Positions 44,818 to 57,753 of a stretch of DNA of 64,000 bases are shown in pieces. The stretch spans positions 48,781 to 112,780 of the forward strand of contig CAVONJ010000004.1 in NCBI GenBank assembly GCA_963697235.1, written 5' to 3'. Each line of letters opens with the position of its first letter. Within the stretch, counting starts at the first letter, position 1. The translations under genes were made by a program, and so were the position numbers. This DNA comes from an uncultured Planctomycetota bacterium (GTDB lineage: Bacteria > Planctomycetota > Phycisphaerae > Phycisphaerales > SM1A02). Below the pieces are notes generated by a model. The model searched no databases. It was not told the origin of the DNA and was given only the letters and a program-made list of their open reading frames with translations.

Positions 44818-44975
44818 TGCGGTGTCGGGTCAGAAGTTCGTTGAATATCGGCGAGACAAGTGTCGTGCTGGAAGGCGCAGCACGACGGCATACCTGGCGT
44901 CCGATGAGCGGCGACAAAGCCACGCGCAGCCGCAGCAGATGCGAATGACTTCTGATCAGAACGCCTAGCGGCCAG
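44813..44975. mobile_element. MITE-like element, copy 2
   Basis: ggctagtgcggtgtcgggtcagaagttcgttgaatatcggcg...gaatgacttctgatcagaacgcctagcgg. Shares the CTAG-tcagaagttcgttga terminus and internal blocks (atatcggcg, gacggcatac) with copy 1; ~70% identical overall. Sits between the convergent accC and cvpA-like stops. Confidence 0.55.
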
Positions 44976-46548
44976 TCACCATCAGATTGCAGGTTCCCAG
45001 CGTCTTGTCGCCGACCTTGAAGCCGACGAGGGTGGCCCCCTCGGTCACGCGGAAGTAGAGCATCAGCTCCTGGGTTCCCGCCGTGGGCAGAATCGGCAGC
45101 TGGTCGAGCGTGCGAACGTACGTGCCGGGTGCAAGCACGATGTCGGTGTCCGTGCCCTTCTTCAGGATGTATCCCAAGGGTGAATACGTGTTGCCCTGGG
45201 AGTCGACCATTGCCATGACCGCGTCCTCGGCAAGCTGACCGCGCAGGGATGATCCGAAGAGATCGGTGACCTTTCCACGGCTGACGTCCAGCGTGACGAT
45301 GCGCGTACCGGGCGGCTCGTAGATGCCCTTGATCTGAAGGGCTCGCGAGATCAGGCCGGGGCTGCTTCCGAATGTGCCGGTGCCCTCAACGAGGTAATTC
45401 TCCTGCTCCTTCATCGTCCCCGGCAGCGAGTTGGTGCTGATCTTGATGGGCCGGATCGAGTTCGAGATGCGCAGATCGCTCTCCGGAATCGGACGGGCGG
45501 ACAGCTCCACCGTCTCGCTGCCGCCGGTCGAGGTGCTCAGTCCCGCGCCGCTGAGCAGTCCGCGGCGGGAACGGCTGCGGTGCCGGCAGACGATACCGGT
45601 TGTTCTTCACCTGAATGTACTTGGGGACGAAGTTCGCCGGGATCTTGAAGAGGATGGTGGCGGCGGCATTCTCCCGCCCGGGGACCGAGGTCACGTAGTG
45701 GGCGATGTTGTCGAAGCGGTAGAGCGTCCCGTCCTGTGCCCACATGTCGGGGTGAACGACGGGGGCGGCCGCCCATCCGCGGGCGGCGCCGATCAGTCGG
45801 ATCTGCGAGTTCGCGATCGTGAGCTGCTCGCCGAAGTCGAGGGCCGCGCCGTCGAATTGCATGTCGACCGCCGCGCGATCGCCGCCCGCGTTGTAGAGCA
45901 GCCCGGTCACCTTCGCGGCCGAAGGCACCATCACGATCTGCCCCTTGCCCTCCTGGTACGAGTCCCGGACCAGCGACGCCTGCCAGTTGAGCCGGGGAGC
46001 GACACGGCGCATCGGTTCGGGCGACCACATGGAGGTCACGCTCAGCCAGCTGTAGAACTCGGCGGTCCAGTAGGAGACGGGGATCCACATCGGCTGGTTG
46101 CTGAAGCGCACGACGCTCCCGTCGCGTCCGGAGCGGCCGTAGCCGCGATACCCCATGAGTTCGCTCTTGCTCTGGAAGAACCCGCATCCGATGACGATGA
46201 TGCCGACGGTCAGGATCCCCGCGCCGGCGCCCAATGGAAAGCCGAAGGTGAGGTTGGCCCAGTGGGGCAGGTCGACGTTCGCCGGGGCGAGCCGGTCCGT
46301 GATCAGTCGCAGGAGGAAGAGGGTGATCGCGAAGACGCCGAGCAGCGTCACGCCCCAGGCGTAGTTGTCGAACCAGCCGCCGCGGAGCAGGAATCCCGTG
46401 ACCAGCGGCTCCCACACGCCGAAGGCTACGGCGCCGGCGACCACGACCGCGAGCAGGTGAAGCAGCGCGAGAACACCCCCTGATTCGCCCACCAGTAGGC
46501 GATGATCAGGACGAACAGAGTCAGCACGATGTTGAAGATGTAGATCAT
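44965..46548 (-). CDS. CvpA-like (colicin V production family) 4-TM membrane domain fused to a ~380-aa C-terminal extracytoplasmic domain, frameshifted
   Basis: MIYIFNIVLTLFVLIIAYWW...SALLHLLAVVVAGAVAFGVWEPL...LLGVFAITLFLLRLI...GAGILTVGIIVIGCGFF, then a non-membrane domain of unknown family (...IKGIYEPPGTRIVTLDVSRGKVTDLFG...LMVTGR*). Confidence 0.45.
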
Positions 46549-46612
46549 GACGCTCTTCGAATCAGGAATCACATGACGTGGCCGGCTTCCCGGGACGTGC
46601 CCGCGCCACAGG

Positions 46613-48278
46613 TCACGCCGCCTGGGAACTGCCCGACTTCGCCGGCGCCGTGACCCGGATGACTTCTTCGATCGTGGTCTCGCCGTTCAGCACCTTGCTG
46701 AGCGCCGCCTCCTGCAGGTAGATCATCTTGTGGCGGCGGGCGTGGGCCAGGGCGCCCTTGAGATCGCCGGCGCCGAGCATCTTCCGCGCCTCGTCGTCGA
46801 CGAGAAAGACCTCAAAGGCCGCGGTCTGTCCGAGGTAGCCGGTGCCGCCGCAGACCGGGCAGTTCTCGATCTTGTTCTTGACCTGCACCTTGCCGCTCGA
46901 GCGGTAGAGCTGCTTCGCCCGGTCCGAGGGCAGGTTGAGCTTCTTGAGCTGTTCGGGGGAGGGCTGATACGCCTGCCGGCAGTTGGGGCAGAGGGTGCGC
47001 AACAGACGCTGGTTGGTCACGGCCCGCAGCCCCTTGGTCGCCTGCTTGACGTCTCCGACCAGCTTCACCCAGATTCGGATCTCGTCCACGATCGTGTCCG
47101 CCACCAGCGGAACGTAGAGCAGCGGTCCGTACATGCCCGGATCGGTCGCCACCTGGGCCGCTTCCGGCTCCTTGATGACGTCGGTCAGGACGAGGTCCGG
47201 ATCGCGACGGAGAATGGACTGCAGATTGGTCGCGTAATCGATGTCCGGGTTCGTCGGGATCGAACTTGACGTGGTCGATTCCTTCGATCCGCCGCTGCAC
47301 GTTGCGCTCGAGGGTCTTGATGTTGGCCGTGTACGCGTCGTGCCGACTCACGAAGCTGTATGCCGACGTCGTGAGCCCGTGCCCGGAGGGGCGCCGATCA
47401 GGACGATGCCGTGGCGATCGTGCGGCTCGGTGATCGACTTCAGGCTCTCCATCTGCGACGGCAGGAGACCGAGCTCGTCGAAGGATCGGGTGAGCCGCTT
47501 GGCCCGATCGAAGTCGATGCGGATCATCTGACCGGTGGACGAGCCGGCGGTCGTGAGATCGATCTCCACCCGTCCGCTCGGGCCGTTGAGATGGAATCGC
47601 CCTGCCTGCCGCCGCCGGCGATCCTGTACGTCGAGGCCAGCCGATCTCCTTGAGATAGTCGATGAGAGCCACGGCCGACTCGACCGGCACCGGCTCGCGC
47701 TTGTATCGAACACCGTCGATTGATCTGGGAGACGGCGGTTCCGTTGGGACCGATGGCCATCTCGATACGCGAGGCGCGAGCCTCCAGTGCGGGACCGAAG
47801 ACGTCCTCGGCGAGCATGTGCGTGGCGTAGCGGGGATCTTCTTTGGCGGGAATGGCGGCGCCTCGCCAGCCGAGTTCGTGAACTGGATGATCGCATCCCG
47901 CGCCGCCCGCGCCTGCTTGCGAGAGGCCATGCGCTCGCCGAGCGACGCACCGGAGAGCTCGAATCGTTGCGACTCGGGCACCGCCTGGTTGCGGACCCGC
48001 CAGTAGACGAGGATCGGCGCGAGCAGAACGATCATGCCCACCGCGATTCCGACCCCCGGCACGGGAATGAACAGCATCGCCAGGAGCGCGGCCACCCCGG
48101 CTGCCATGTGGATGCCGTTCCACATCCGGTAGTTGAAGTGGAAGTAGCGAGCGTCCTTGTCGAGCTTGGACGAGATGAGCCATGCCCAGGGCACGAACGG
48201 CAGGAACATGATGAGGGCCATCCACCAGCCCACCAGATAGCCGCTGCTGACCTGCGCCAGAATGATCTCACTTCGCAT
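46613..48278 (-). CDS. GspE/PilB-family protein with an N-terminal 3-4 TM region and a degenerate Walker A (predicted pseudo-ATPase), at least 3 frameshifts
   Basis: N-terminus MRSEIILAQVSSGYLVGWWMALIMFLPFVPWAWLI...AAGVAALLAMLFIPVPGVGIAVGMIVLLAPILVYW. Core HGIVLIGAPSGHGLTTSAYSF...ANIKTLERNVQRRIEGIDHVKFDPDEP replaces the canonical GPTGSGKTT Walker A and TIEDPVE. Intact tetracysteine motif CPNCRQAY...CPVCGGTGYLGQTAAFEV. Confidence 0.55.
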
Positions 48279-48298
48279 GAGGGGGCTCGTCGGGAGGT

Positions 48299-49447
48299 CA
48301 GCTGATGCCCTTGAGGCGCATCTTCAGCTCTTCGGGCTTGGGCGTCGCCTCCAAGGCCACCCGGTGGTGAATGTATTCGGCCTCGACCAGCTCCACAAGC
48401 GAGCTGGTGAAGTCGATCATGCCCTCCTCGCGGCTCTTGCGTGATGATGTCGAGCAGTTCGCCTTCGCGGCCCTCGAGGATGTACTTCTGCACGATCGGC
48501 GTGTTGAGCAGGATCTCGATCGCGGGAATGCGGGGGATCTCTTCGTGAAGCGTCGGCAGCAGCTTCTGGTAGACGATCGAGCGGAGGTTGTAGGCCAGCA
48601 GCTTGCGAATCTGTTCGCGGTCTCCCTCGGGGAAGAGGTCGTAGATGCGGCCGAAGGTCTGCCAGGCGGAGGAGGCGTGGATCGTGCCGAAGACGAGGTG
48701 ACCGGTCTCGGCCGCGCGGATGGCAGCCTCGAACGTCTCGTGGTCGCGCATCTCGCCGACCAGCACGACGTCGGGATTCTCGCGGACCAGGGCCCGCAGG
48801 GCCTCGTTGAAGTTGAGGCAGTCGATGCCGACTTCGCGCTGGTTGATGGTGGCCTTGTCGTCCTTGAAGATGTATTCGATCGGATCCTCGATCGTGACGA
48901 TGTGCACCCGCTTCCGCTCGTTGATGTACTGGAGCATCGATGCGATCGACGTGCTCTTGCCCGAACCGGTCACGCCGGCGAAGAGGATCAGGCCCTGGGC
49001 GCTGAGGGAGATTTCGCCGAGCGCCTCGGGCAGGTAGAGATCGTCGAACCGCTTGATGTTCGAGGTGATCAGACGGGCCGCCAGCGAGGGCTTGCCGCGG
49101 GCCATGAAGAGGTTGATGCGGAAGCGGTTGTCGTCGTCGTAGTCGTAGGCGAAGTCGATCTGACCGTGGTGGAGGAAGTGCTCGTACTGGCGGTCGTCGA
49201 GCAGGTCCTTGGCCATCTGGAACATGAGGGGCGGCGTGCAGAGGTCCGTCTGCAGGCTCTTGAGCGCGCCGCGGACGCGGATGCGCGGCGGCAGATCGAC
49301 CTTCACGATCAGGTCGGACGCCTCGTAGCGGATGGTGGCGTCGACGTACTTCTTGAACATCCGCTCGCCCTCGCCGGGTGCGGTTCCCTGATCGTGATGA
49401 ACAGGCGGGGCGACGTCTTCGAAAGCGACTTCCTTGATCGTGCTCAC
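48299..49447 (-). CDS. pilT: Type IV pilus retraction ATPase PilT/PilU family, one frameshift near 48440
   Basis: RBS GAGGAG then GTG. LILFAGVTGSGKSTSIASMLQYINERKRVHIVTIEDPIEY...VLVGEMRDHETFEAAIRAAETGHLVFGTIHASSA...C-terminus ...EEGMIDFTSSLVELVEAEYIHHRVAL. Confidence 0.85.
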
Positions 49448-49802
49448 GGGTGGTCTCCTCTAGCCGCAAGTGATTCCGCAGGTGGGCTCCGCAGGTGGGT
49501 CCGACACGGAGGCTCGGCCCGGCGAGCACCGGCCGAATTCCCTCCTCTACCTTTCGCATCCGCCGCCCTCTTGGTGGCAGAGGATCCGGACATCCAAACC
49601 ACACAGGAATCCCACGGAGCCGCCGAGACGCCTCCCTCCCGCCGGTTCCCGGGGGCCATGTTCCGGAACGCTCAAGGTACCAGACCGTCCGATCGAGCGG
49701 AATCCCCGCCCCCGAAACCCGGGACCGTCTCGAGTTTCTCGTCAGCGGATTGCAGTCGGCTGCGCACTGGGCAATCGGCCGACCGCGGTGGTTCACCCGC
49801 GC

Positions 49803-52800
49803 CTATGTCGACACCGCCTCCGCTCCTGACTCGGACGGCCCCTTCGCTGGCGCCGCTGCCGGCACGCCGCGCAGCTTCTCGCTGACTCCCTGGATCACCC
49901 GGTAGAGCACGGGCACGCTCACCACACTGACGACGGTAGCAACGAGCATGCCCCCGAAGACCGTCGTGCCGATCGCCTGGCGGCTCTCGGCGCCGGCGCC
50001 GCTGGCCACCAGCAGCGGGATCACGCCGAGGATGAACGAGAAGGCGGTCATCAGCACCGCCCGGAAGCGGATCCGCGACGCCTCGAGCGCCGCGTCGACG
50101 ACGCTGAGGCCCTCCTCTCGCTTCACCTTCGCGAACTCGACGATCAGGATCGAGGTCTTGGCCGAGAGGCCGATCAGCAGCACGACGCCGATCTGGGTGT
50201 AGACGTTGTTGTCGATCTGACGGATCATCAACGCCGCCACCGCGCCGAGCAGTGCCGTCGGCACGGCAAGGCAGACCGACACGGGAATCGTCCAGCTCTC
50301 GTACTGGGCGGCGAGCACCAGATAGACCAGGATGATCGAGAAGAGGAAGATCACCGCCGCCTGACCGGAGGCCTTGTTCTCCTGGTAGGAGAGATCCGTC
50401 CACTCGTATCCCATCGAGGGAGGCAGCTTCTGGTCGGCCATCTGCGACAGAATCTGCATCGCCTGGCCCGAGGTGTAGCCGGGAGCGGGCTGTCCGCTGA
50501 TCTTGGCGGAGGGATAGATGTTGTGGTGGAAGACCGTCTGCGGACCGAGCACCTCCTTCACGGTCATCAGCGACCCGAGCGGAATCATGCCGCCCGCCGG
50601 TGCGCGGACCTCCAGCTGCAGGATGTCGTCCGGCTTCAATCGGTACTCGCTCTCGGCCTGCGCCCGCACCTGGTAGATCCGACCGAACCGCGTGAAGTCG
50701 TTGACGTACACCGAGCCCAGGTACGCCTGGAGCGTGCTGAAGACATCCTGCAGGGGGATATCCAGCGAGCGAACCTGCTCGCGATCGATCTCGACGAAGA
50801 GTTGGGGGATGTTCGCACGGAAACTCGTAAACATGCGGGAAAGCCCGCTCTGCGCGTTGCCGTCCTCGACGAACTCGTTCGCCACTGCCTCGAGTTGCCG
50901 CAAGCCGGTGCCGCCGCGATCCTGAAGCTGGAGCGCGAATCCACCGGCAGCGCCGAGGCCAGGCAGTGAAGGGGTCGGGAAGGCGATCACCACCGCCTCC
51001 TGGATCTGAGCGAGTTCGGCGTTGAACTTTTCGAGCAGGGCGTTCTGGTGCAGACCGGGCGCGGACCGCTCGCTCCAGGGAATGAACGTGCAGACGACCG
51101 TGCCAGCGTTGGACGCAAACGGCGCCGTCGATGAGCGAGTAGCCTCCGATCCCGATGACGTTCTCCGCGCCGTCGGTTCCCATGAGGATTGCGGTGACCC
51201 GATCGACGACTGCATTGGTGCGTTCCAGCGAGGCGCCGTCCGGAAGCTGGATGTTGACCATGCGCCCAACCCTCGTCCTCCTGGGGCACGAATCCGGTGG
51301 GCAGCTTGGCGAACCCGAAGACCGCGAGGCCGATGAGGCCGATGAAGACGATCAGCCCGATCACCGCCACCCGCAGGGCGCCGCGGACGACGCTGAGATA
51401 GCCGACGGTGGTGCGCTCCAGGAGCGTGTTGAACCAGCGGAAGAGGATGAAGGGCTTCTTCTGCGTGGGCCGCAGCAGCACGCCGCACAGCGCCGGGCTC
51501 ATGGTGAGCGCGTTGATCGAGCTGAAGATGGTGGCGATCGAGATCGTGACCGCGAACTGTCGGAACAGCTGCCCGGTGATGCCGCCCAGGAAGACGGTTG
51601 GCACGAAGACCGCGAGCAGGACCAGCGTGGTCGCGATGACCGGTCCGGTCACCTCCTCCATCGCCTTCAGCGCCGCCTCGCTTGGCGTCGGTCTCACCCT
51701 CGTCGAGATGGCGGGTCACGTTCTCGACCACGACGATCGCGTCGTCGACCACGATGCCGATCACGAGCACCAGACCGAAGAGCGTCAGCTGGTTGATCGA
51801 GTAGCCCAGTGCGGCCATGACCGCGAAGGTCCCGATCAGCGACACCGGAATCGTGACGGCCGGAATGAGCGTGGCCCGGAAGTTCTGCAGGAAGAGGTAG
51901 ACGGTGAGCACCACGAGGACCAGCGTGATGAAGAGGGTCACCACCACTTCCTCGACCGACGCCCGGATGACTTTGGTGGAGTCGTAGGCGATCGTGTACT
52001 CCAGCCCTTCGGGAAAGACGCGCGACAGCTCGTCGATCTTCGCTCGCACGCCTTCGGCCACCTCGATGGCGTTGGCGCCGGGCAACTGGTAGATGCCCAT
52101 GGCGCACGTCGCCTTGCCGTTGAACGTCGCGCTGACGTCGTAGGACTTCGAGCCCAGCTCCACGCGGGCCACGTCCTTGACCCGAACAAGCTCCCCCTCG
52201 TCCCCGACCCGCACCACGATATTCTCGAACTCCTCGACGTTGCTCAGCCGCCCCTGTGTGTTGACCGTGAACTGAAACGCCTGCCCCTTCGGCACCGGAG
52301 GCTGGCCGATCTGACCGGCCGCCACCTCCACGTTCTGATCGCGCACGGCGGCGACCACGTCGTTCGTGGTGAGCTCGAGCGCCTTGAGCTTGTTCGGATC
52401 GAGCCACACCCGCATCGAGTAGTCGCCGGTGCCGAAGACCTGCACGTCGCCGACTCCCCGGATTCGGCTCAGCTCGTCGCGGATGAAGAGCGTCGCGTAG
52501 TTGGACAGGAAGAGATCGCTGTAGCGTGTCGTCGGGGGAGCTCAGGCAGACGAAGAGCGTCGTCTCGCTGGACTGCTTCTTCACCGTGACGCCTTGTCGC
52601 GCAACCTCCTCGGGAAGCTTGGGCTGTGCCGTGGAGACGCGGTTCTGAACGAGCACGTTGGACATGTCCAGATCGGCGCCGACGTCGAAGGTGACGGTGA
52701 GGTTCATCGTCCCGTCGGCGGAGCTGACGCTGGTCATGTAGGCCATGTCCTCGACGCCGTTGATCTCCTGCTCGATCGGCGTCGCCACGGTCGATGCCAC

Positions 52801-52972
52801 CGTCTCCGCGTTCGGCGCCGGGATAGACGGCCGCCACCTTGATCGTGGGCGGCGCGATCTCCGGATAGCGGGCGATGGGCAGCGCGAACAGAGCAATGCC
52901 GCCGACCAGGACGATCACGATCGAGATCACCGACGCGAAGATCGGACGCTCGATGAAGATGCGACTGAACAC
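49803..52972 (-). CDS. RND efflux transporter permease (AcrB/CzcA family), more than 8 frameshifts
   Basis: N-terminus MFSRIFIERPIFASVISIVIVLVGGIALFALPIARYPEIAPPTIKVAAVYPGA. Middle VEIAEGVRAKIDELSRVFPEGLEYTIAYDSTKVIRASVEEV. C-terminal 6-TM bundle. ~1056 aa. Confidence 0.8.
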
Positions 52973-52986
52973 GTTTCGCCTCTCGG

Positions 52987-54163
52987 TCAGCCTGTTCCGC
53001 CGCCGTCCCCGGGACCACTTCCGGAACCATCGCCGGCATTCTTCGACTGGGCGCTCGCGGCCGCGGTCGCCTCGACGGCGTTCACCGTCAGGCCCGGCCG
53101 CGCCCGCTGGAGGCCGTTGACGATGACCCGCTCGGACGGATCCAGACCGCCCAGAATCACCCGGTCACGATCGTCGAGACTGCCGAGCTCCACGTCGCGG
53201 CGCTGCACGGTGCCGCTCCCGTCGACGACGAGCAGGAACGGCCCGACGATGTCTCGCTGCACGGCGATCTCCGGCACCAGCATCGCCACACTCGAGCTCC
53301 GGGGAACGCGGATACGCGCGAACAGACCGGGGAAGAGCTGACCCTCCGGATTTGGGAACGTCGCCCGAACCTGCAACGTGCCGGTGGTGGGATCCACCCG
53401 GTTGTCACCGAAGTCGACCGATCCCGGCGCGGCGTAGGCGCTCCCGTCGGCGAGAATCAGCAGACAGGTATGAGTCAGCGTCCTGTTCCCGCTCCGAACG
53501 AGGGTGCTCTCGGAGGATCTCCACGAGGAACCGCTCGTTGATGTTGAAGTACGCGTAGATCGGATCATCGTCCACGACGTTCGTGAGCAGCGTGGAGTCT
53601 CCAGCTCCCACGAGATTGCCGACGGTCACGAGCTCGCGGGAGACGTTCCCCGTGATGGGGGCAACCATCTTCGTGTAGCTCAGGTCGATTCGGGCGTTCT
53701 CGAGCTCGGCCATCGCGCCGCTGACGGCCGCCGCGGCGACGTCGCGGTTCGCTTCCTTCTCCGCCAGCTCGATCTCCGTCACCGCCTGCTTTTCAAAGGC
53801 CCGCGTCGCCCGCTCCAGCGTCGACCTCCGCCAGCTTCAGGTCGGCTCTGCGGCTCTCCAGCCGGGCCTCCGCGAGGGCGACCGGCCGCCTGGAACGGCG
53901 CCTCGTCGATCGTGAAGAGGGTCACCCCCTTCTCGACGCGGCGACCGGGCTCGAACTCGACGCTCTCGAGGAACCCCTTGACCCGGGCCCTGATCTCCAC
54001 CGTCTCGAAGGCGTCGAGGCGACCGGTGAACTCGTCGTACACGGTCACCTCCCGCTCCATCGGCGCGGCGACGGTGACCGTCGGCGGCGGCGGGGGGGCG
54101 AACTCGTTGCTGGCGGAGCAGCCGGTCAGCAATCGCGACCAGCCCGGCGAATCTGATTCTCAT
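52987..54163 (-). CDS. RND efflux membrane fusion (periplasmic adaptor) lipoprotein, frameshifted
   Basis: Lipobox LLTGC. ...VTVYDEFTGRLDAFETVEIRARVKGFLESVEF...KMVAPITGNVSR...VDGSGTVQRRDVELGS... Confidence 0.7.
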
Positions 54164-54260
54164 CAGTTCCCTCGACGAATGGACCGCTGCGCCATGCTAA
54201 CAGGTGCGAGACAACCGCGGGGCCGTTGACAGCGCCCTTCCTCGCGGGGATCATTGATCA

Positions 54261-55765
<1,505 letters not shown>

Positions 55766-55784
<19 letters not shown>

Positions 55785-56008
55785 GGGTGCCCCGAACGCG
55801 AGAGGTCTCTCGAGGACGAACCACCGGCGAGACTCCCCGGCTCCCTCACCCGGCTCGCTGTGCGAGCCTGACCTCTCCCCCGGGAGAGGGCAGGGTGAGG
55901 GTGCCCCGAACGCGAGAGGTCTCTTGAGACAACACACCGGCGAACTCCCCGGCTCCCTCACCCGGCTCGCTGTGCGAGCCGACCTCTCCCGGGGGGAGAG
56001 GTGACGAG
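55766..56008. repeat. Tandem structured repeat: two ~115-bp units (~90% identical) plus a 18-bp partial third
   Basis: Each unit begins with the hairpin cctctccc-cc-gggagagg, followed by gcagggtgagggtgcc...ggctccctcacccggctcgctgtgcgagcc. Shares the hairpin motif and the ccctcacc block with repeat family 1 at 23885 and 26953. Confidence 0.65.
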
Positions 56009-56015
56009 GAAGCTC

Positions 56016-57753
56016 CTACTCCTCGCGTCCGCGCCGCACGACAGTTACCGCGTCGACGGCGACATCCTCCACCACCTCGAGCACGCCATCCCCCCAGATC
56101 ACGACCACCTCGTCGACCGCCGTCGCTTCCCCAATCCCGACGTGGACGCACGGATCGTTGCTCGCCAGATAGCTCGACGATGCATGCACGACACGCGCGT
56201 CACGCGCCGCCCCAGCCACCACGACCTCGACCTTCGCCCCGAGCGCCGGCGCTCCGTGCTCGTCCAGCACCCGCAGCGCCACCCAGTGCCCGCGCCGCGA
56301 CATCGACGTTCATGAGCAATCGCGCCGGCGCACCGCGCTCGATGATCACCACGTCGATCCCGCCGTCGCCGTCGACGTCACCGAACGCGGCCGCGCGGCT
56401 GCTCCCGATCAACGCCTCCGCCGTCCCGCCCGGCGGCTCCAGTGGTTCGAACGAACCGTCGGGCCGCCCTTGGAAGAGCAGGTTCGGCTCCGCGTAGGGA
56501 TCCGGACCGTAATTCATCGCCTGGCGCATCACGCGCCCGTTCGCCTGGTAGAGATCGAGACAGCCGTCGTTGTCGAAGTCCACCAGTCCCAGGCCGAACC
56601 GCGTGTACCGCCGGCTCAGCGCGCCAGCCCCTTCGCCGCGGTCACGTTGCTGAAGACCCGCCCCGCTTCATTGCGGAAGAAGCTGTCGGATTCGTTGCGC
56701 AGGTTGCACACCATCAGGTCCTGGTCGCCATCGCCGTCGAGATCTTCGGCGGCGACGCCCATACCCGCCGCTGCGCGGCCGTCGTGGTCGTACGCACAGC
56801 CGTAGCGCAGGCCCGCCTCGACGAAGCGGCCCTCTCCCTCGTTCACCCAGAGGTGATCGGCCATCCCGTCGTTCGCGACGAAGACGTCGACGCGCTCGTC
56901 GCCCGTGAAGTCCTTGCACACGACGCCCAGCCCCGTCCCCCGCGTGCCGATGAGCCCGGCCTCGCGCCGTCACGTCGGCGAACGTGCCGTCGCCGAGATT
57001 CTCGAAGAGTCGGTCCTGGGCCGGAGCCATGAAGTTGCGTGGGCTGCAGTAGTCTTCGCCGCCCATCGTGTTGAAGCACTCCAGCCGCATCTCCGGCGTC
57101 CACACGAGATAGCTGCACACCCAGAGATCGAGATCGCCGTCGCCGTCGGCGTCGAAGAACGCGGCGCCGGTGCTCCAGCCGTCCGCACCGACCCCCGCCT
57201 CCGCGGTCACGTCCCGAAAGCGCCCTTGACCGTCGTTGGCCAGCAACACATCCGGACCGTAGTTCGTCACGTAGAGATCGACGTCGCCGTCGCCATCGTA
57301 ATCTCCGCACGCCACGCCCATGCCGTAGCCGCGATCGTCAGCGCCGCTGCCGGTCGTCGCATCCTCGAAGAATCCGTCACCGCGATTGACGAAGAGTCGA
57401 TTCGCCGGCCGCGCCTCGGGAGGACCGATCAAGTCGCCATCCTGCACGCAGTAGAGGTCGAGATCACCGTCACCATCGAGATCGACGAGCGCCGCGCCGC
57501 CGCCCATGATCTCGGGCATGAAGTAGCGGTCCGCCGGACCCGGGTCGTGCACGAAGTCGATCCCCCGCGCTGCCGCCTGATCCTCCAGCCACGGCGGCGC
57601 GGTGCCACCACCATCGGCGCCCGCCGCGCCACCCTGACCGTCCGTCGCCGGTCGACAGCCGAACGCCGCGGCCGCCACCAACACCATCAGCCCCGCTCCT
57701 CGTGGCACGTCCCACGACCATCGCCGCCCTGCTCCAGCGCACCGCACGCTCAT
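56016..57753 (-). CDS. CRTAC1-family protein (FG-GAP/VCBS repeats plus ASPIC/UnbV C-terminal domain), lipoprotein, frameshifted
   Basis: Lipobox MVLVAAAAFGC. Multiple DxDGDGDxDLY FG-GAP repeats. C-terminal UnbV-like region (LRVLDEHGAPALGAKVEVVVAGAARDARVVHASSSYLASNDPCVHVGIGEATAVDEVVVIWGDG). Confidence 0.7.

Noticed and set aside
43416-44948. 510-aa ORF starting [10 protein letters not shown]... as the accC product
   Set aside because: The true start is [12 protein letters not shown] at 43441 in another frame; the listed ORF is a frameshift-generated chimera.
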